Assembly: GCA_028023455.1 (NCBI GenBank)
Contig: JAQFVV010000006.1
Location: 1,116,001 to 1,180,000 of the forward strand
Direction of reading: 5' to 3'
Length of the DNA stretch: 64,000 nt
Source: Epiperipatus broadwayi
Lineage: Eukaryota > Animalia > Onychophora
The notes below the pieces were generated by a model, which was given only the letters and a program-made list of their open reading frames with translations, did not search any database and was not told where the DNA came from. Of the stretch, positions 51,491-63,743 are shown in pieces. The position numbers and the translations under genes were made by a program. Every line of letters starts with the position of its first letter. Positions within the stretch are counted from its first letter, which is position 1.

Positions 51491-52759
51491 AAACCACAAA
51501 GTCTTTCTAAAGCTGCAAAATCTCATCTCTTGTTGGTTCTATAATTATTCAATCCTGATAAAATAAATCATGTTTAATTAAGATACACTGAATGGAGATC
51601 ACTGTGAAAAAGAGAAATCTTAATTCATCTTTTGTTGTGCACTATATGAATAAGTTTTAATGATATCTTACACCATTTGGTCAGGAATAAGTCAGCAATT
51701 ATTATGCAATTACTTATTTGGAGATCGTGTGTCTATCTTGTCAGCAGTAGCAACTAGCAACAAGTGTAATTAAGCTTCTCATATCTGTATGCATACGTAG
51801 AATTAGTTATCCCATGAATCTAAACTTTCAATCAGTAAAGTACAAAGAAGTATATATTGAAGTAAGAAAGAGACATCAGAGGTAATAAAGCTGGTATCAC
51901 TGATGACTCAAGAGGCTGAAATGAAGCTGGCATGTTGCTGTTAGAGATAAAGTTTTAATTGGATTTCAACAGATTATAAAAAATCTATAGAAAGACATTG
52001 TGAATGGAATAGATAAGGAAATTTGCTAGAGCAATGTGAAGAACAAAAAGTATTGTTCAGAAAAACAGGATTAAACTTGGAAAGAACTTATCTGCATTGG
52101 ATTAATAATGATTAAAAACAAGGATGATGATGATAATGTAGTATTATGTTAAGTTTTTGCCAAAAGCTGGCAGACACTAAATTAACTTCCGTGATAGTCT
52201 TCTACTGTTTCCATAGTAACAAGTATCCTACAGAAATGTATACGAGGTGATTATTTTATCTGTATGTGTTTAATCAAACATTTTTTTCATTTATTTCTGA
52301 TATCATTAATTTAATAAATCATAGAACATTCTCTTCTTTGGTTAAGTTTTTTTCTATCAAGGGAAATAAATTTTAATGTTAAAGCACTTATATTAATTAA
52401 ATAAACTGTAATCCTTGATATCAAATGAAGTTGTTATCAAAATATTGATAAAAGAAGACATTAGAAGTTCATTTAGTGTTAACAGCAACATTCTTTAAGT
52501 TCATTTAAAGTTGTTAATCGTTACAAAATAACATTATAAAAAAGACTTCCTTCAACAGCCGATCAAAGGGTATGCTGCTGGATTTTATCACAAAAGTAAT
52601 TTGTTTGCTGTATTAAAACAACAACTATTTTTTATTAGGGCAAATTTTAATTGACTTATCTGACAAAAACTCTGTTGCTATATTTACAAACACATAGATT
52701 AATTTTATAATTAAAATAAAAGGCTATATTCACTAAAATAAATAATGGAATTGTTAGTC

Positions 52760-53140
52760 GCTTGGGGAGTCACGTGAGCTTTAGCACCGGAAGTGACAAA
52801 ATCCATTTATTAAAATCAAGCTTTTTTTATTAGAATAAATTTTTAATTGATTCATGTTCACATGTACTTTATTAACACATAGATTAGTCATAATTTTTTT
52901 TGAAAAAACTATTTAGTAAAATAAATAATGCAATTGATAAATCGCTTATAAGATCATATAACTTTCTATCACCGGAAGTGATGTTTTGAGCTTTGATTAA
53001 AAACTTTTAGCACTAAATTCCTATGCGCATCTGCGCGTTATTGTTTCGTGCATGCTAATCATTTTATCTCAGTTGAGTTGACAGCCACAGCATCGTATAG
53101 TAAGTGTTCATTTACGTTAATGTGTTTTTTATGGTAAGTT
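52760..53140 (+). promoter_or_regulatory. CpG-retaining promoter-like region with possible non-coding first exon
   Basis: Two caccggaagtga (ETS-type) motifs, one cacgtg, tgcgcatctgcgc, and two GTAAGT donor-like sites near 53100 and 53134. Confidence 0.45.
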
Positions 53141-54074
53141 ATAAGTAATTAGAATTCTAGATTATTATAGTTATTGATTTAGATGAAAAACAAAAAGAAT
53201 AAAACATCAGTTTCAGTTTCATTGAAAACTTTTACACACAAAACGTATAACTTTTCATTATCACCTATTGGTTATTGTTAAAGTGAATATGGTTAATTGC
53301 CTCTTAAGTTTTTTTTAAAACTGAATATTAATAGTGATACGTCAAGCATTACTTATTTATTTAAAACAATAGCCCCAAGTGTTTTCCAGACATTCTTTCC
53401 TTGTCATCTTAACCAAGACACAAAATAAGATAAACTAGATGCCTCAAATTCACGCTTCAATATTGGAGTTTTTGAATGTAAACACAACACTATTGATCTG
53501 GAAAAGTATGAGTTGTTGAAGAGTTGCTGGGTACTGGATGGCAATTACAAATTCCCGGGTATGACCGTAAACTTAAATTTCAGGATAAGTGGCTGCAAGA
53601 ATTCAAGTGGTTGGCCTACTCTCCAGCTTATGAAGTGACATTGTAAATTTTGTAAGGTTTTTGCAGTCCGTTTTGATATAGGTAAAGATAAGCATGTAAC
53701 TTTTGGAGTACTAGTAAGCAAGCTATTAAAAAAATGGAAAAAAGTTAAAGAACTATTTTGAAATTATGAAACCACAAAGTACCATAAGCAAGTTGTCCAG
53801 GAAGTAGCAATCTTTTTGGTCGTTTTGAAAATAGATGTTACAGAACAAATTAATAAAGGAAGAAAATCTCAGATTGAAGAGAATTGAAAGAAGTTAAAGC
53901 TTAAAATTAAGATTGTAATTTTTTGCAGAAGAGGGGCTACCTCTAAGAGGGCACAGGAATTCTGGATCTTTAGAAAACAATAAGGAAGATGAGGATTCTA
54001 AAAATGTAGATAAATTTAGAGCTTTATTAAAGTTTTGCGTTGAAACAGGAGACCAGTTTCTTCAAATGCATTTA

Positions 54075-54485
54075 TAATATTTAAACAGCATTAAACTGTT
54101 GCACATGTGCTTTAGATTTTAAATATAAAATGAATGAATACTAACACTTCAACCACATGATAAAGTCTTGAATGGCCATCTATCTTTTCAAACCCAAACG
54201 CTTTTGTATGGGTGAATTCATTCAAGCATGTAAAAGTAATTTAAAGTGATTATTTAATATCTTCATACTTTCACTTTCAAACACTTAAGATTCGCCCATA
54301 CAAAAGTGTTTGTGTTCGAAAAGATAGATGGCCATTCTATCTTTTCCAAAGACTTTATCATGTGGTTGAAGTGTTAGTATTCATTCATTTTATATTTAAA
54401 ATCCAAAGTGCATGTGCAACAGTTTAATGCTGTTTAAATATTATAGTTGATAAAAAACATCGTGCTATATAAAATAATTGACTTA
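54075..54485. mobile_element. 411-bp palindromic insertion with 14-bp TSD inside the hAT relic
   Basis: ttcaaatgcattta at 54061-54074 and 54486-54499; arms about 54075-54219 and 54290-54443 nearly identical. Confidence 0.9.
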
Positions 54486-55231
54486 TTCAAATGCATTTAG
54501 AAACAGCTGATAAAAACATGACTTATTTAAGTCTCTGAATACTGAATGAAATTATAGAGTTATGCAGAAATATTTTGATATTAAAACTTGTAAGACTTGT
54601 TAAAAATTCTTCATTTTCTTTCTTTCTTTGCAGATGATACAACACATGTATCAGGAATTGAACAATTTTTGTAAATGTCAGGAACGTCAATCAAGTTGAT
54701 GGAATATTTGTTATTCATAAAGACTTACCTAAAATTTGTGCTTGTCTGTATTGCAGAATTTCTTTATCTCAGATGCTAATTCAGTCTCTTGGAGAGATTG
54801 GTCTTGATCTCCATAACTTGCAAAGTATGGGATTTGATGGGGCTAGAAATATGAGTGAGCAATTTAATGGCAGTGAAAGTGGGAGAAAAATTCCTACATG
54901 TGATTTATATACATCGTGCAAGCCATTGTTTTTATCTAGCTCTTTCTCATGCTTGTTTGTACACATTAGAAATTGTTTAGGAACTATATCCCAAGTATGA
55001 CTTTTTTTAAAAAAAATCGCCAAAATGAGAAACTGCGTTGTGAAAAAACATTGGAAAATTAAATTTAGAATCAAAAAGATGCTGATCAAATTCTGCAAAA
55101 CAATATGGATTGAACACTTTGACGCACTTTCAATGTTTGTTGAGTTATACAATATTATTAATGATTCCCTTGCCGAAATTGAAGAATTTACAGACTGCAA
55201 AGCATCAAGTAAAGCTTCCACATTTAGATTT

Positions 55232-55330
55232 GGCCATGAATATGAGGGAAAACCTCGAAAGCGCTCGGCCCATTTAATTGTTTTGGTTTTTGCAGCTTCT
55301 TCGTCAGCGGGTAAATCGATTTTATATGCT
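55232..55330 (+). mobile_element. 99-bp insertion with 10-bp TSD, starting with a variant hammerhead
   Basis: atttagattt at 55222-55231 and 55331-55340; GGCC-ATGAATA-T-GAGG-gaaaa-CCTC-GAAAG-CG-CTC-GGCC at 55232-55270. Confidence 0.8.
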
Positions 55331-56494
55331 ATTTAGATTTATTATAAAAATGCCTGTCTTTATAATTGGAATGTGTATTGCTAATCACATATTCTCACTT
55401 TCCCATGCATTAGCTTTACTCCTGTAGGTAAAACAAAGTGACTTGAAAACCTGTGAACATTTGTGTGGAAATTTGGAAATGTTCAGAATTCATCGATATT
55501 TTAAAAAATGCTGAGGAAATTGCATGACCATCAGGTGCCCGCAAGCTTGAAATTTCTAAAAAGAATTGCAAAGCAGACACAGTGATCAAATATTGAAACT
55601 GACAATCCAGAAGAGTATCACAACATACCCTTTTTCTGCCATTTCTTGATTTCAAATTCATGACAGATACTTACAATATAGAAATATTTTGCATAGCAGA
55701 GAATTTTTTTTTTTTTCAAAACATTAAACAAACAGAAGATGACACAATACTCCTATCTATAGAAGTGATCAATGAACAATGGTCAGGTGATATTATTTGC
55801 AGTAAAGAAGCATTTTTTTTTGGTGAGGTGAAGATATGAAGGTGTCATTGTATTGATCAAAAATGTCTTTCCACGGACTTTATCCATTGCTTGAATATTT
55901 GAAACTCATTTATATCCTATGATTAACATTATGTTGAAGTGATTTGCATAACTCTACTTGTAACAACAGCCACAGCGGAATGATCTTTTTCTACATTACA
56001 TAGAATCAAGACTTACTTATGGAAAACAACATCAGAGCAGAGATTGAATGGCTTGGCCATGATGAACATTCACCAGGAATTGTGTGATTTTTTAGACATT
56101 GATGACTTTATTTCTAATAAATAATAATAAATGGGATATTTTGGTAATACTCCAAATTTTAATATTTTATGTAGAATATCATATTAAAATTTTTTTAAGC
56201 TTACGTAGCCTACCGAAATACTCCATTCAATTCAATTTTAAAAATTCAAATTAAAAATTAAAATTTTTCTTTTGTTTGGATGAGGTTTAAATTAACATTG
56301 TTTATAAAATAATTTATTGTGGAAGGTATAATATTATAAAACAAAATATTTCAGGTAATAGTGAAATTTTTTATGGAAGTACTACTAATATTTTATGTTT
56401 AGCAAGAAGCATCAAGAGATTTATACTTATTAGAAGTATATACTCTTATTCTTCTCCTTTACTTTCTTTGACTTTCTTCATATATTCATATATA

Positions 56495-56710
56495 TGGTTT
56501 ATAATAACTCTTCTCATATACACTTTAATGCAAAAAAAATTTAATAAAACTTCTTTATTTTTCTGACAGTTTTATTTTGACTGTCCAGCAGTCTTCCTCA
56601 GAGCATTCTCAATTTCCTCTACTTTAAAAAAAAACTGTTAGGAAAATAAAGAAGTTTTATTTAAAATTTCTTTTGCATTAATGTGTATATGAGAGGAGTT
56701 ATTAGAAGCG
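56495..56710. mobile_element. Palindrome with a family C HHR-like motif in the spacer
   Basis: ataactcttctcatatacac..taaaacttctttatttt versus aaaataaagaagtttta..gtgtatatgagaggagttat. Confidence 0.8.
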
Positions 56711-57039
56711 ATATATAAGACTTATACTTTTATAGTTTATAGTTACATTATCTTAGTTTTAACAGTGACACAGCAAGGGAGATTACTGAGGGCTAGAACC
56801 CCCTTCACCATTGTCCATGTATCATATACTAACCATAATTCATGCACATACCAACTAAAAAAAATTTAATATTTTTCCCAGATTATGCCTCAAGTTAATT
56901 TAATGGTTCATTATAAATAAACAAAGTACTTTTATTACATATTTATCTTATTTGTGCTCAAAATATATATACAAAATCAATAAAACACTAACTTTTTAAA
57001 GTTAATTTACTTAAATTTCTTTTAATAATTATTAATATT

Positions 57040-57175
57040 TACTAAGGCAATAAACCTCAAGAGTGTGCTCTTTAAAATGTGAAGGTAGCCTAAGCTTGTG
57101 GTTAAGACCTGTAGAGGTCTCTACCTTCGCATTTTCAAGCACACACTCTTGAGGTTTATTGCCTTAGTAAATATT
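57040..57175. repeat. Hairpin element; related half-copy at 15895-15985
   Basis: tactaaggcaataaacctcaagagtgtg..cacactcttgaggtttattgccttagta; a 29-nt core is identical at 15901-15929 and 57091-57119. Confidence 0.8.
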
Positions 57176-58339
57176 ACTTACGTAATCAATGTGCATTAAA
57201 TAAATTTATACAACTTTAATAATTATTGTTGACTGAAATGTACTTTAAAGTGTGTCTAAAAAAATATCATATGTACCATTTAATTTTATTTTTTTATGAT
57301 GAACTTATTTCATAGTCATCAAGTTTGGTTTGTAATTCATTTGTATAAATTTACTTGTGTTTTTTAAATCATCTCAGCAGTGTTGCTGGAACTGAAACGC
57401 AATTGATTGTTGATTAGCAATTTGTGTTCTTCTATTTTTAGTGGCTATGAAAACACAAGAGATATTGCAAATTTTGTGGGAAAATCTTTTAATGTAAGTA
57501 ATTGCATGCACGTACACACACAAAGTGACAGACTGCTTTTCCATACATATAAAATATCTGTTTGTATATTTTACTCATAAATACTATTTTGGGATATGTT
57601 TAACCTTGAAAAATTAAAAAATTTTGCCTGTGGCACTGGTATCTGGGGGTGGGTGGGCTGCCACCTCCTGAACCTCCTGCAAGTCTTTTTTACAACTTAC
57701 TTTTTGTGACTACCCTCCCTCCAGATGATTTCCTAATTGCCCATCACCATGCTTCTGATTGAAATTAATCTATTATTTTTGCAAATTAAAACAATATCCC
57801 TCCCCCCCACCGGAAATATTTTTCTGTGTATGCCCCTGTTCAAGTCTATGCTTTACCACTATACTAAAGCACACAGAGTATCTTAGATCAATAAAAAAAA
57901 TGGCAGATGGAAGCCTTCCAAATAAGTAAAGTAAAAACAACAATTTATAAGTGTAAATTTTGCATTTCTAACTTTTTTAAACATTCAATACTTATATTAT
58001 CTTCATTAGGTTTGCCTATGCAGTTTAGGACAGAGATAAAGCAACAAACATAAAACTAAAAATTCAGAGATCAATTCTTAACTGAAGTGAGTAAAAAAAC
58101 AACATCTCAATTTGGTAATTTTAAGGTGTTGCTCTATATGATTCCATGCAGAGGTCGGGTAATGATCTCCGGAGGTCAAGATTCATGGGTTGCAATTTCA
58201 GTCTATTATTTCTACTTTTCAAACTTATGAACCCTCCATCAATAAACCATACATTTATTTTTTAATGAAACAGTTGCGTGCTTGAGTTCTGAATGTTATA
58301 CAAACTCCTGGAGCAAGTGGCAAAATGATTATTTTTATT

Positions 58340-58420
58340 TATTTTTTCTCATGTGTCATAGAATCAGCTGGGAAGTGAATCCGCTAACCCAGGACAACTG
58401 CTTGTAAAGCAGCTGTCACT
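58340..58420 (-). mobile_element. tRNA-derived SINE, 5'-truncated copy 3
   Basis: ttttttctcatgtgtcatagaatcagctgggaagtgaatccgctaacccaggacaactgcttgtaaagcagctgtc. Confidence 0.85.
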
Positions 58421-59324
58421 TTTTGTTTGGTCTTTATCAATCATTTCGTTACAGATTTCACTTTTTTCTTCACTAAATATTTTAACCTTTATTTTAGCAT
58501 GCATTATTCTTACTGTTATAATCTTTTATTAATATATATTTCTTTTTTTTTTTAGAAGTGTGTCAACTAAATCACTGTTTGTCATGAAGTAAGACAAATC
58601 TGAAGCTTATCTTAATGAAGCTAGTAATGTGGTAACATCCATAGTCATGACTTAAGGTTCAAACCTAGTCTATCACTGAATTCACAAGATACTTCAGTAT
58701 TGTTTTTAGCTTACCAGCTCACACTGATGGGTAAATAAATGTCTAGCTATTGTTATTTTTAGAATGTACCCAAGAACAATCAGGTTTAGTCAAATGAGTG
58801 ATGATCAAATGAGTTCGATACATTGATTACACAATGAAAAATAATATGCAATTTCCAATGTTGTTCTCACTTATATTTATTTTACTTAAATCAAATTCAT
58901 TTTCTTTCTCTAATTCCTCTATTTAGATCTTTGAGTTTTTATCAGTATAACATTATTGTATATGGTAGCATATAAACACCCCTTATTAGTTTATTATTTA
59001 ACTAAAATGTAAAATGTTATATAATAGCCAAATTCTGAAATGTAAATTATAGCAATTATTAGCTACTATTTACCATCTTATATTTTAGTTAAAGAATGAG
59101 CTAATGGAAGATGTTTAAATACTTCATAGCCCTGTAATGTAGTAATTATATGTTGCTTCTGTGCAAAATGTACTTAAATTAAAAACAATTTATTTTTACA
59201 TATGAAAGGGTCTGAGAATATTTCAGCATAATTTTGATCCCACTTTTTGATTCATAAAAATAAGCACTGCTTTATTATTTTTAACATTTTCGATAGATTT
59301 TACGCCAATAAACATCACGTGACC

Positions 59325-59900
59325 ACCATTTTTTATGCTTGCTTATAACTTCTATTAAAATAGACAAAACTCTCCATACAATATTGCCACTCAGTACCCT
59401 GAGTGGCAATACTATATGGAGAGTTTTGCCTGTTTTAATAACAGTTATAAGCAAGCATAAGAAATGGTAATCATGTGATGTTTATTGGCTTAAAACCAAT
59501 CCTGCCTAATAGGATAGTGATGGCTATGGTTATTAAAGAACCAAAGACACCAAAATGTATAGGTACTCAACTGAGTTCAGACCTATATGATAATATAAGC
59601 TAGTGAGCTTGGATTGAAAATATTGTCATGTTTTCAATTTGAGACTCATAGTTTTGTAGTTAAGTAGAGATAAAAGGTGGCTGCTGGAGGGTTGCATTAA
59701 ATTCTAAGATATAGGCACAAAGCTCTCAGATCCAAAGCTCCTCACTGATGAAGGCCATAAGCCAGAAAATAGTCTGGGGATATTGGATGAGTAGGCACTA
59801 GATGGGGGATTTTATACACAAGCCTTCTGGCATTCATTGATTACTCTGACTTGCACTGAGTGGCAATACTGTATGGAAAGTTTTGCCTGTTTTAAACATA
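59325..59900. mobile_element. HHR family A: 70-bp antisense arm plus more than one sense monomer
   Basis: Palindrome centre ccactcagtaccctgagtgg at about 59396; gagtggcaat recurs at 59401 and 59858 (457-bp period); core CTGATGA 59745-59751. Confidence 0.93.
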
Positions 59901-61389
59901 CCTATGGCTTTATTGTTTAGAAGTTCAAAGAAGCTTGAGGACTAGACCTGTAAGCACCAGATACAATTCTGGGTCCATCCACTTCCAAGTTGGACCCTCT
60001 ATCAACTGCACCAAACTATGCAGGAAGTTTCTTCCCAAATATTTAAATGAAAAAAGAAATAGACATCACTGAAGATATACGAAAAGTGTTAGTATATGTT
60101 TCTTCCTAAATATATACTAACACTTTTACTGTAACTTGGGTAATGTCTTTCTTTTTAATCATTTAAATAAGCACAATTTTTTTTCTTGATGTCTTCAATT
60201 ATTTTTTTTTTTTGAAAATAAACATTATCCCATTCTGTGATACCTACAGAGTTGGAGATTGGGTTGTTGTTGTTTTTTTTTAAAAAGTCAACTTTATTAC
60301 TATAATTTTTTACAGGAATATTATACAAATGTGGATAGAACTAATATGAACAAACAATACTATATACTCTTTTATACATTTTTCATAATGCAAATGCAAC
60401 ATTTTACTATTCTACATTTCTGAAAATAGATGACAGTTTCAATCAGCCAACAGTCTTCTTCAGAACTATAACATACACAAGATATATAAATACCTTATCA
60501 TAAGAAATTAAGCATATAAAATAAAAGACATACACATTAAAAATTTCAAAAGCCTTGATGATGAACAGAGTAAAGGATTAGAAAATGATATATGTTTGTA
60601 AGTTGTTAATTGATTTGTCATGTTATCACAAAACTTGCATAAACATTCTGTGTTTCTCTATTTTTTAACCAATCATGTGCAAACAAAGATTGCAGTGCTT
60701 GCTTATGAATATTTGCTGCTGATGATAAATGATAATTTAAATAGTTATAAATTTATCTGGGCTGCAACCACAGCTCTGAATTACTGTAATGAATATTACA
60801 ACTGTATGCTACTATTTTCACTATTGTTATCTCCAGGTGGATTAGTCAAGTGGTAGAGCAGCAGATTGTGATGCACAAAGCCTATGGATCACAGTCCAGG
60901 CCTATCACTTTGAATTTATCGAACATTGTATACTAATATCTTTACCATCATTGTCTCATTTGATTAAATAAAGAAGTATAATAACAGACTATGGTGCCCC
61001 TAAAGCCCATAGATTACAGATGAGATCTATCACTTTCAATTTAATGAATATTCCTATCTTCAATATGATTAGCTACATGTGTTTAATGAAGTGGTAGAAA
61101 GACAGATTTTGTTGCTCAACGCTCTTGGATCGTAAATAAGCTCTGCCATTTTCAGTATTTAAACTTCTGGTGAACTAATGAACAGTCAAATCAATCACTT
61201 ATTATTATCATAATTAGTACAAAAATATTATCAAATTCACCACTTCCTTTATTTTGCTGTAATATCTTATATAAATGCAATTCATTCACTCTTCTTTGAA
61301 CTCTTTTTTGCTAAAACCTTTTATTGTACATATATGCATACACAATCTTATATTTCAACTGTCTTGCAGTCTTCTTCAGAGCCATTTTT

Positions 61390-61545
61390 ACAATAGTGCT
61401 ACTCAGTGCAAACCAGAGTAACAATAGATGCAGGAAGGTTTGTGTATAAAATCTCTATCTAGTGCCTGAGTGGTGCTACTGCATGGAGAGTTTAGTCCAT
61501 GTATAAACAGCTTGTGTAAGCATAAAGAATGATGATCATGTGATA
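61390..61545. mobile_element. HHR family A short divergent copy
   Basis: Antisense ..atctagtgc joined to sense ctgagtggtgctact..gatcatgtga. Confidence 0.85.
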
Positions 61546-61754
61546 GATTGATTTGTATAATTATTGCAAAACTAATTTCTAGACAGATTTTTTAAATCTT
61601 TTTTTGTCCTTGAAGTATAGTGGTTTATGAGAGGGGGGGGTCGACTGCCATATGTGTGTACATATATAAATGCACTTACAGCTTGAGAGATTTTATTGTT
61701 GTCTTAGTAACATACTTTTTTACCATTTCTATGTCACCTACTGTAAGTTTTAGT

Positions 61755-61900
61755 AACTAATAGATGCCAGATGATATTGCTTAATAAATTTCTATCCTGT
61801 GCTGTTCTATCCAATATCACCAGACTAGTTTCAACATTATGGTTTTCATCAGCAAAAAACTTTGAATATTGGAACAGTGGACTTTTAGAATCTAATGTGC
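61755..61900 (-). mobile_element. Diverged family A-related copy with HHR remnant
   Basis: ccagactagtttcaacattatggttttcatcag at about 61820-61852. Confidence 0.7.
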
Positions 61901-63482
61901 TTTTCTTTCTGCAGCTGTTATTTACCTCTCTGCTATACTATCAACTTATCAGCCTAATTGAAAAATGTAAATGTTTTCAATCGAAGCCAACATGCTTTTA
62001 GTCATATTGAACTGAAACCAGTTCAGTTCTACATAATATGATGTCCTTAGTTGTTTAACAATTATAGACCCCTCGGATCTTGTGGCTTACTGTTATGATA
62101 CAACTATTTTTCTAAAAGAAACTAGAATTCAAATATAAACTGCAATTTTTCAATTTCAAATACGCTTGAATTATATTTCCAAATTGTCAAATCATAGTCA
62201 ACTCAGCCAAACATTCAATTGCCAACCAGTAACGAGTTACCTAGGCGAGAATAGCTATTAAAACATAAAACAAGGAAGTGAAAGTGCTAAAAACCCCTAC
62301 GATCTGTATACGGGCAAGATTGGTAATTACTGTCGTGCTTTTTCTATAGGGGGCGGGGGGGAAGCGCTGTTGGCAGGTATTTGCACCGTAGTGTAATATT
62401 TAAAAGCTATTTTTTGCCTAAAAGTAGAAATTTATAGACATCGATTTTAAAAGGTTCCATTTAAAAAAAAATATTCATGCGAAAACGTGCCCACTTTATA
62501 AAGAAGACGTTTTATTTATTTATACTGACGTAAATTAAAAATAAGTGCTGATAATTTAATCCATTATTTTTTTATCTTGGTAATCTAATGTATTTATTAG
62601 TTAGTAACTGTTAATTCATTGTTATCGGTGTGGATTTACTCCTTTTTTGAAAAACTATTTATTTTGACGTATAGACGTTTTTTTTTTTTTTTTTAAATGA
62701 GTGTTAATTTTTTAACAGCTATATTTTTACAGGAAATACTAGAAGCCGGAAAATTACGGATGTCTGAAGAAAGCAATTTAAATACTGTACTTTATATTTT
62801 GATAAGAGCAATAGATGAAATAAGTTCTTTGAAAATAAGCTGTAGTTTCCAACAAGAATTTTCTTAAGATTATAAAGAATATCGAGGCGATTGAAAAAGC
62901 TATTATAATTTTCAAGCAATTTATTGAATTTTGTGTAAGTAAATAAGTAATGTCTCAACAGTAAAATAATTACGCTCTAGTCTCTCCTTGTATTTATCAA
63001 ACGATCCCTCTCTATCTAAGATTTGTCTGTTTGCTTTTCTGTCTGTCTATAGATAAAAACCATAAATACATGCTATTGTTATAAAGGATGTATTTTTATC
63101 TCTTTTCTCGATCAAGGCGCTTATTAACGGAAGTACAATGAATCTATTTTTCGCCGACATTTAACACACACACACGCACGTACTATATATATGTATATTT
63201 GATGTGAAAATGGTATTTTACTATTAATTTAATATGTTAATACTCTTCTAGAAAGATTTAAACTTTGTTTATCAATTACTAAATACGTTATCTGCTAGAA
63301 ATAAAGCACAGGTCAGAGAGAATATAACAATTAGAGGATATTCGGTCCTGATTTAGTTTGCGCTCACGGCCATTTTTGAAATCTAAAAACCACTGCTGAC
63401 ACATTCAACTGATAAATGACATAAATATTAAATAAAAGTACTGTAAATTCGCATTTTAAAAATTATAAGCTAGTACCTTCAT

Positions 63483-63743
63483 AAAATATTTGAAATATGA
63501 TGATGCAAAGCACCTGAATATAAGGGAGGGAATAAATTAAGGCCAAGGTTAAAACAACATTTGAATGATAGAAATTCAAATGTTAATATACATAGTAAAG
63601 AATTTGGATATATAGATTTTAAGGTAAGAATATTAGAAAAAGGAAAATTATATAAAGAAAGAATGATAAAAGAAAGTTTATATATAAAGAAAGAAAAACT
63701 TGTCTTAAATAGAATGAATTATACAAAAGATAGATTAAAATAA
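63483..63743 (+). pseudogene. GIY-YIG endonuclease remnant of a different PLE lineage
   Basis: In one frame: KIFEI**CKAPEYKGGNKLRPRLKQHLNDRNSNVNIHSKEFGYIDFKVRILEK..RMIKESLYIK. Confidence 0.6.

Larger units (their letters stand above)
53330..56110 (+). mobile_element. hAT transposase relic (ZMYM1/PRKRIR-like: TTF zinc finger, DUF4371-like core, hAT dimerisation domain)
   Basis: FQDKWLQEFKWLAYS..CKFC; GLPLRGH; FRALLKF; FADDTT; GFDGARNMS; VTTATAE*SFSTLHRIKTYL..EQRLNGLAMMNIH; many stops. Confidence 0.9.

Noticed and set aside
59930-59980. Twister or pistol ribozyme in aagcttg..agacctgta motifs (also 15901, 45635, 57091)
   Set aside because: Required pseudoknot and core elements could not be matched on either strand.
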